Source of the DNA: Haliotis rubra | Taxonomy: Eukaryota | Assembly: GCF_003918875.1 (NCBI RefSeq) | Contig: NW_025767191.1 | Location: forward strand, 1,674,001 to 1,738,000 | Direction: 5' to 3' | DNA length: 64,000 nucleotides | Shown here: piece by piece, positions 62,001 to 64,000 of the stretch | How positions within the stretch are numbered: position 1 is the first letter of the stretch | Layout: every line of letters begins with the position of its first letter | Made by a program: the position numbers and the translations under genes | Notes under the pieces: model-generated | Seen by the model: only the letters and a program-made list of their open reading frames with translations | The model's database searches: none | What the model was told of the DNA's origin: nothing

Positions 62001-64000
62001 GGTGCTCCACCAACACAGTAAGCATGGTGGGGGTTCTAGTGCTGCAGGGGCCTCAATATACTGAGGGCAATGTCGGAAGTGTTGGGTGCTCCACCAACAC
62101 AGTAAGCATGGTGGGGGTTCTAGTGCTGCAGGGGCCTCAATATACTGAGGGCAATGTCGGAGTGTTGGGTGCTCCACCCACACAGTAAGCATGGTGGGGG
62201 TTCTAGTGCTGCAGGTGCCTCAGTATACTGAGGGCAATGTCTGAAGTGTTGAAGGTGCTCCACCCACACAGTAAGCATGGTGGGGTTCTAGTGCTGCAGG
62301 TGCCTCAGTATACTGAGGGCAATGTCGGAAGTGTTGGGTGCTCCACCCACACAGTAAGCATGGTGGAGGTTCTAGTGCTGCAGGGGCCTCAATATACTGA
62401 GGGCAATGTCTGAGGAAGTGTTGGGTGCTCCACCAACACAGTAAGCATGGTGGAGGTTCTAGTGCTGCAGGTGCCTCAATATACTGAGGAGGGCAATGTC
62501 GGAAGTGTTGGGTGCTCCACCCACACAGTAAGCATGGTGGGGTTCTAGTGCTGCAGGGGCCTCAATATACTGAGGGCAATGTCTGAAGTGTTGGGTGCTC
62601 CACCCACACAGTAAGCATGGTGGGGGTTCTAGTGCTGCAGGTGCCCTCAGTATACTGAGGGCAATGTCGAGGAAGTGTTGGGTGCTCCACCCACACAGTA
62701 AGCATGGTGGGGGTTCTAGTGCTGCAGGGCCTCAATATACTGAGGGCAATGTCGGAAGTGTTGGGTGCTCCACCCACACAGTAAGCATGGTGGGGGTTCT
62801 AGTGCTGCAGGTGCCTCAGTATACTGAGGGCAATGTCGGAAGTGTTGGGTGCTCCACCCACACAGTAAGCATGGTGGGGGTTCTAGTGCTGCAAGGGCCT
62901 CAATATACTGAGGGCAATGTCTGAAGTGTTGGGTGCTCCACCCACACAGTAAGCATGGTGGGGGTTCTAGTGCTGCAGGGGCCTCAGTATACTGAGGGCA
63001 ATGTCGGAAGTGTTGGGTGCTCCACCCACACAGTAAGCATGGTGGGGGTTCTAGTGCTGCAGGGGCCTCAGTATACTGAGGGCAATGTCTGAAGTGTTGG
63101 GTGCTCCACCCACACAGTAAGCATGGTGGGGGTTCTAGTGCTGCAGGGCCTCAGTATACTGAGGGCAATGTCGGAAGTGTTGGGTGCTCCACCCACACAG
63201 TAAGCATGGTGGAGGTTCTAGTGCTGCAGGGGCCTCAATATACTGAGGGCAATGTCGGAAGTGTTGGGTGCTCCACCCACACAGTAAGCATGGTGGGGGT
63301 TCTAGTGCTGCAGGGGCCTCAATATACTGAGGGCAATGTCTGAAGTGTTGGGTGCTCCACCCACACAGTAAGCATGGTGGTGGGGTTCTAGTGCTGCAGG
63401 TGCCTCAGTATACTGAGGGCAATGTCGGAAGTGTTGGGTGCTCCACCCACACAGTAAGCATGGTGGGGGTTCTAGTGCTGCAGGGGCCTCAGTATACTGA
63501 GGGCAATGTCGGAAGTGTTGGGTGCTCCACCCACACAGTAAGCATGGTGGAGGTTCCAGTGCTGCAGGTGCCTCAGTATACTGAGGGCAATGTCGGAAGT
63601 GTTGGGTGCTCCACCCACACAGTAAGCATGGTGGGGGGTTCTAGTGCTGCAGGTGCCTCAATATACTGAGGGCAATGTCTGAAGTGTTGGGTGCTCCACC
63701 CACACAGTAAGCATGGTGGGGGTTCTAGTGCTGCAGGTGCCTCAATATACTGAGGGCAATGTCTGAAGTGTTGGGTGCTCCACCCACACAGTAAGCATGG
63801 TGGAGGTTCTAGTGCTGCAGGTGCCTCAATATACTGAGGGCAATGTCTGAAGTGTTGGGTGCTCCACCCACACAGTAAGCATGGTGGGGGTTCTAGTGCT
63901 GCAAGGGCCTCAATATACTGAGGGCAATGTCTGGAAGTGTTGGGTGCTCCACCCACACAGTAAGCATGGTGGGGGTTCTAGTGCTGCAGGGGCCTCAGTA
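59060..64000. repeat. 84-bp satellite array, about 58 copies, running off the window end
   Basis: Unit GTGGGGGTTCTAGTGCTGCAGGGGCCTCAGTATACTGAGGGCAATGTCGGAAGTGTTGGGTGCTCCACCCACACAGTAAGCATG. Confidence 0.99.

Overview
Eukaryotic (animal) genomic DNA; the SINE types and minisatellite-packed introns suggest a mollusc, possibly a gastropod (inference). Two spliced genes lie on the minus strand. (1) A divergent polypeptide N-acetylgalactosaminyltransferase (GALNT family; 10 coding exons, 25365->177, about 588 aa), with two apparent single-base frameshifts in this assembly. (2) The last four coding exons of DCAF12 (56831->47831); its 5' part is not found in the window. About 40% of the window is made of ~25 mostly unrelated 19-84 bp minisatellite arrays, which explain nearly all long ORFs in the track. 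Mobile DNA includes a full-length dead DD34E Tc1, a long-TIR DD83E (Sailor-type) element nested in a second Tc1, further Tc1 and LINE relics, several MITEs, three SINE families and Penelope-like remnants with minimal hammerhead ribozyme motifs. The most unusual signal: three unrelated intronic arrays each start exactly at a real 5' splice site and tandemly copy the exon|GT junction about 27-38 times, giving long arrays of decoy donors. There is also a marked CpG-depletion boundary near 41 kb. No CRISPR array, rRNA or real tRNA gene was found.
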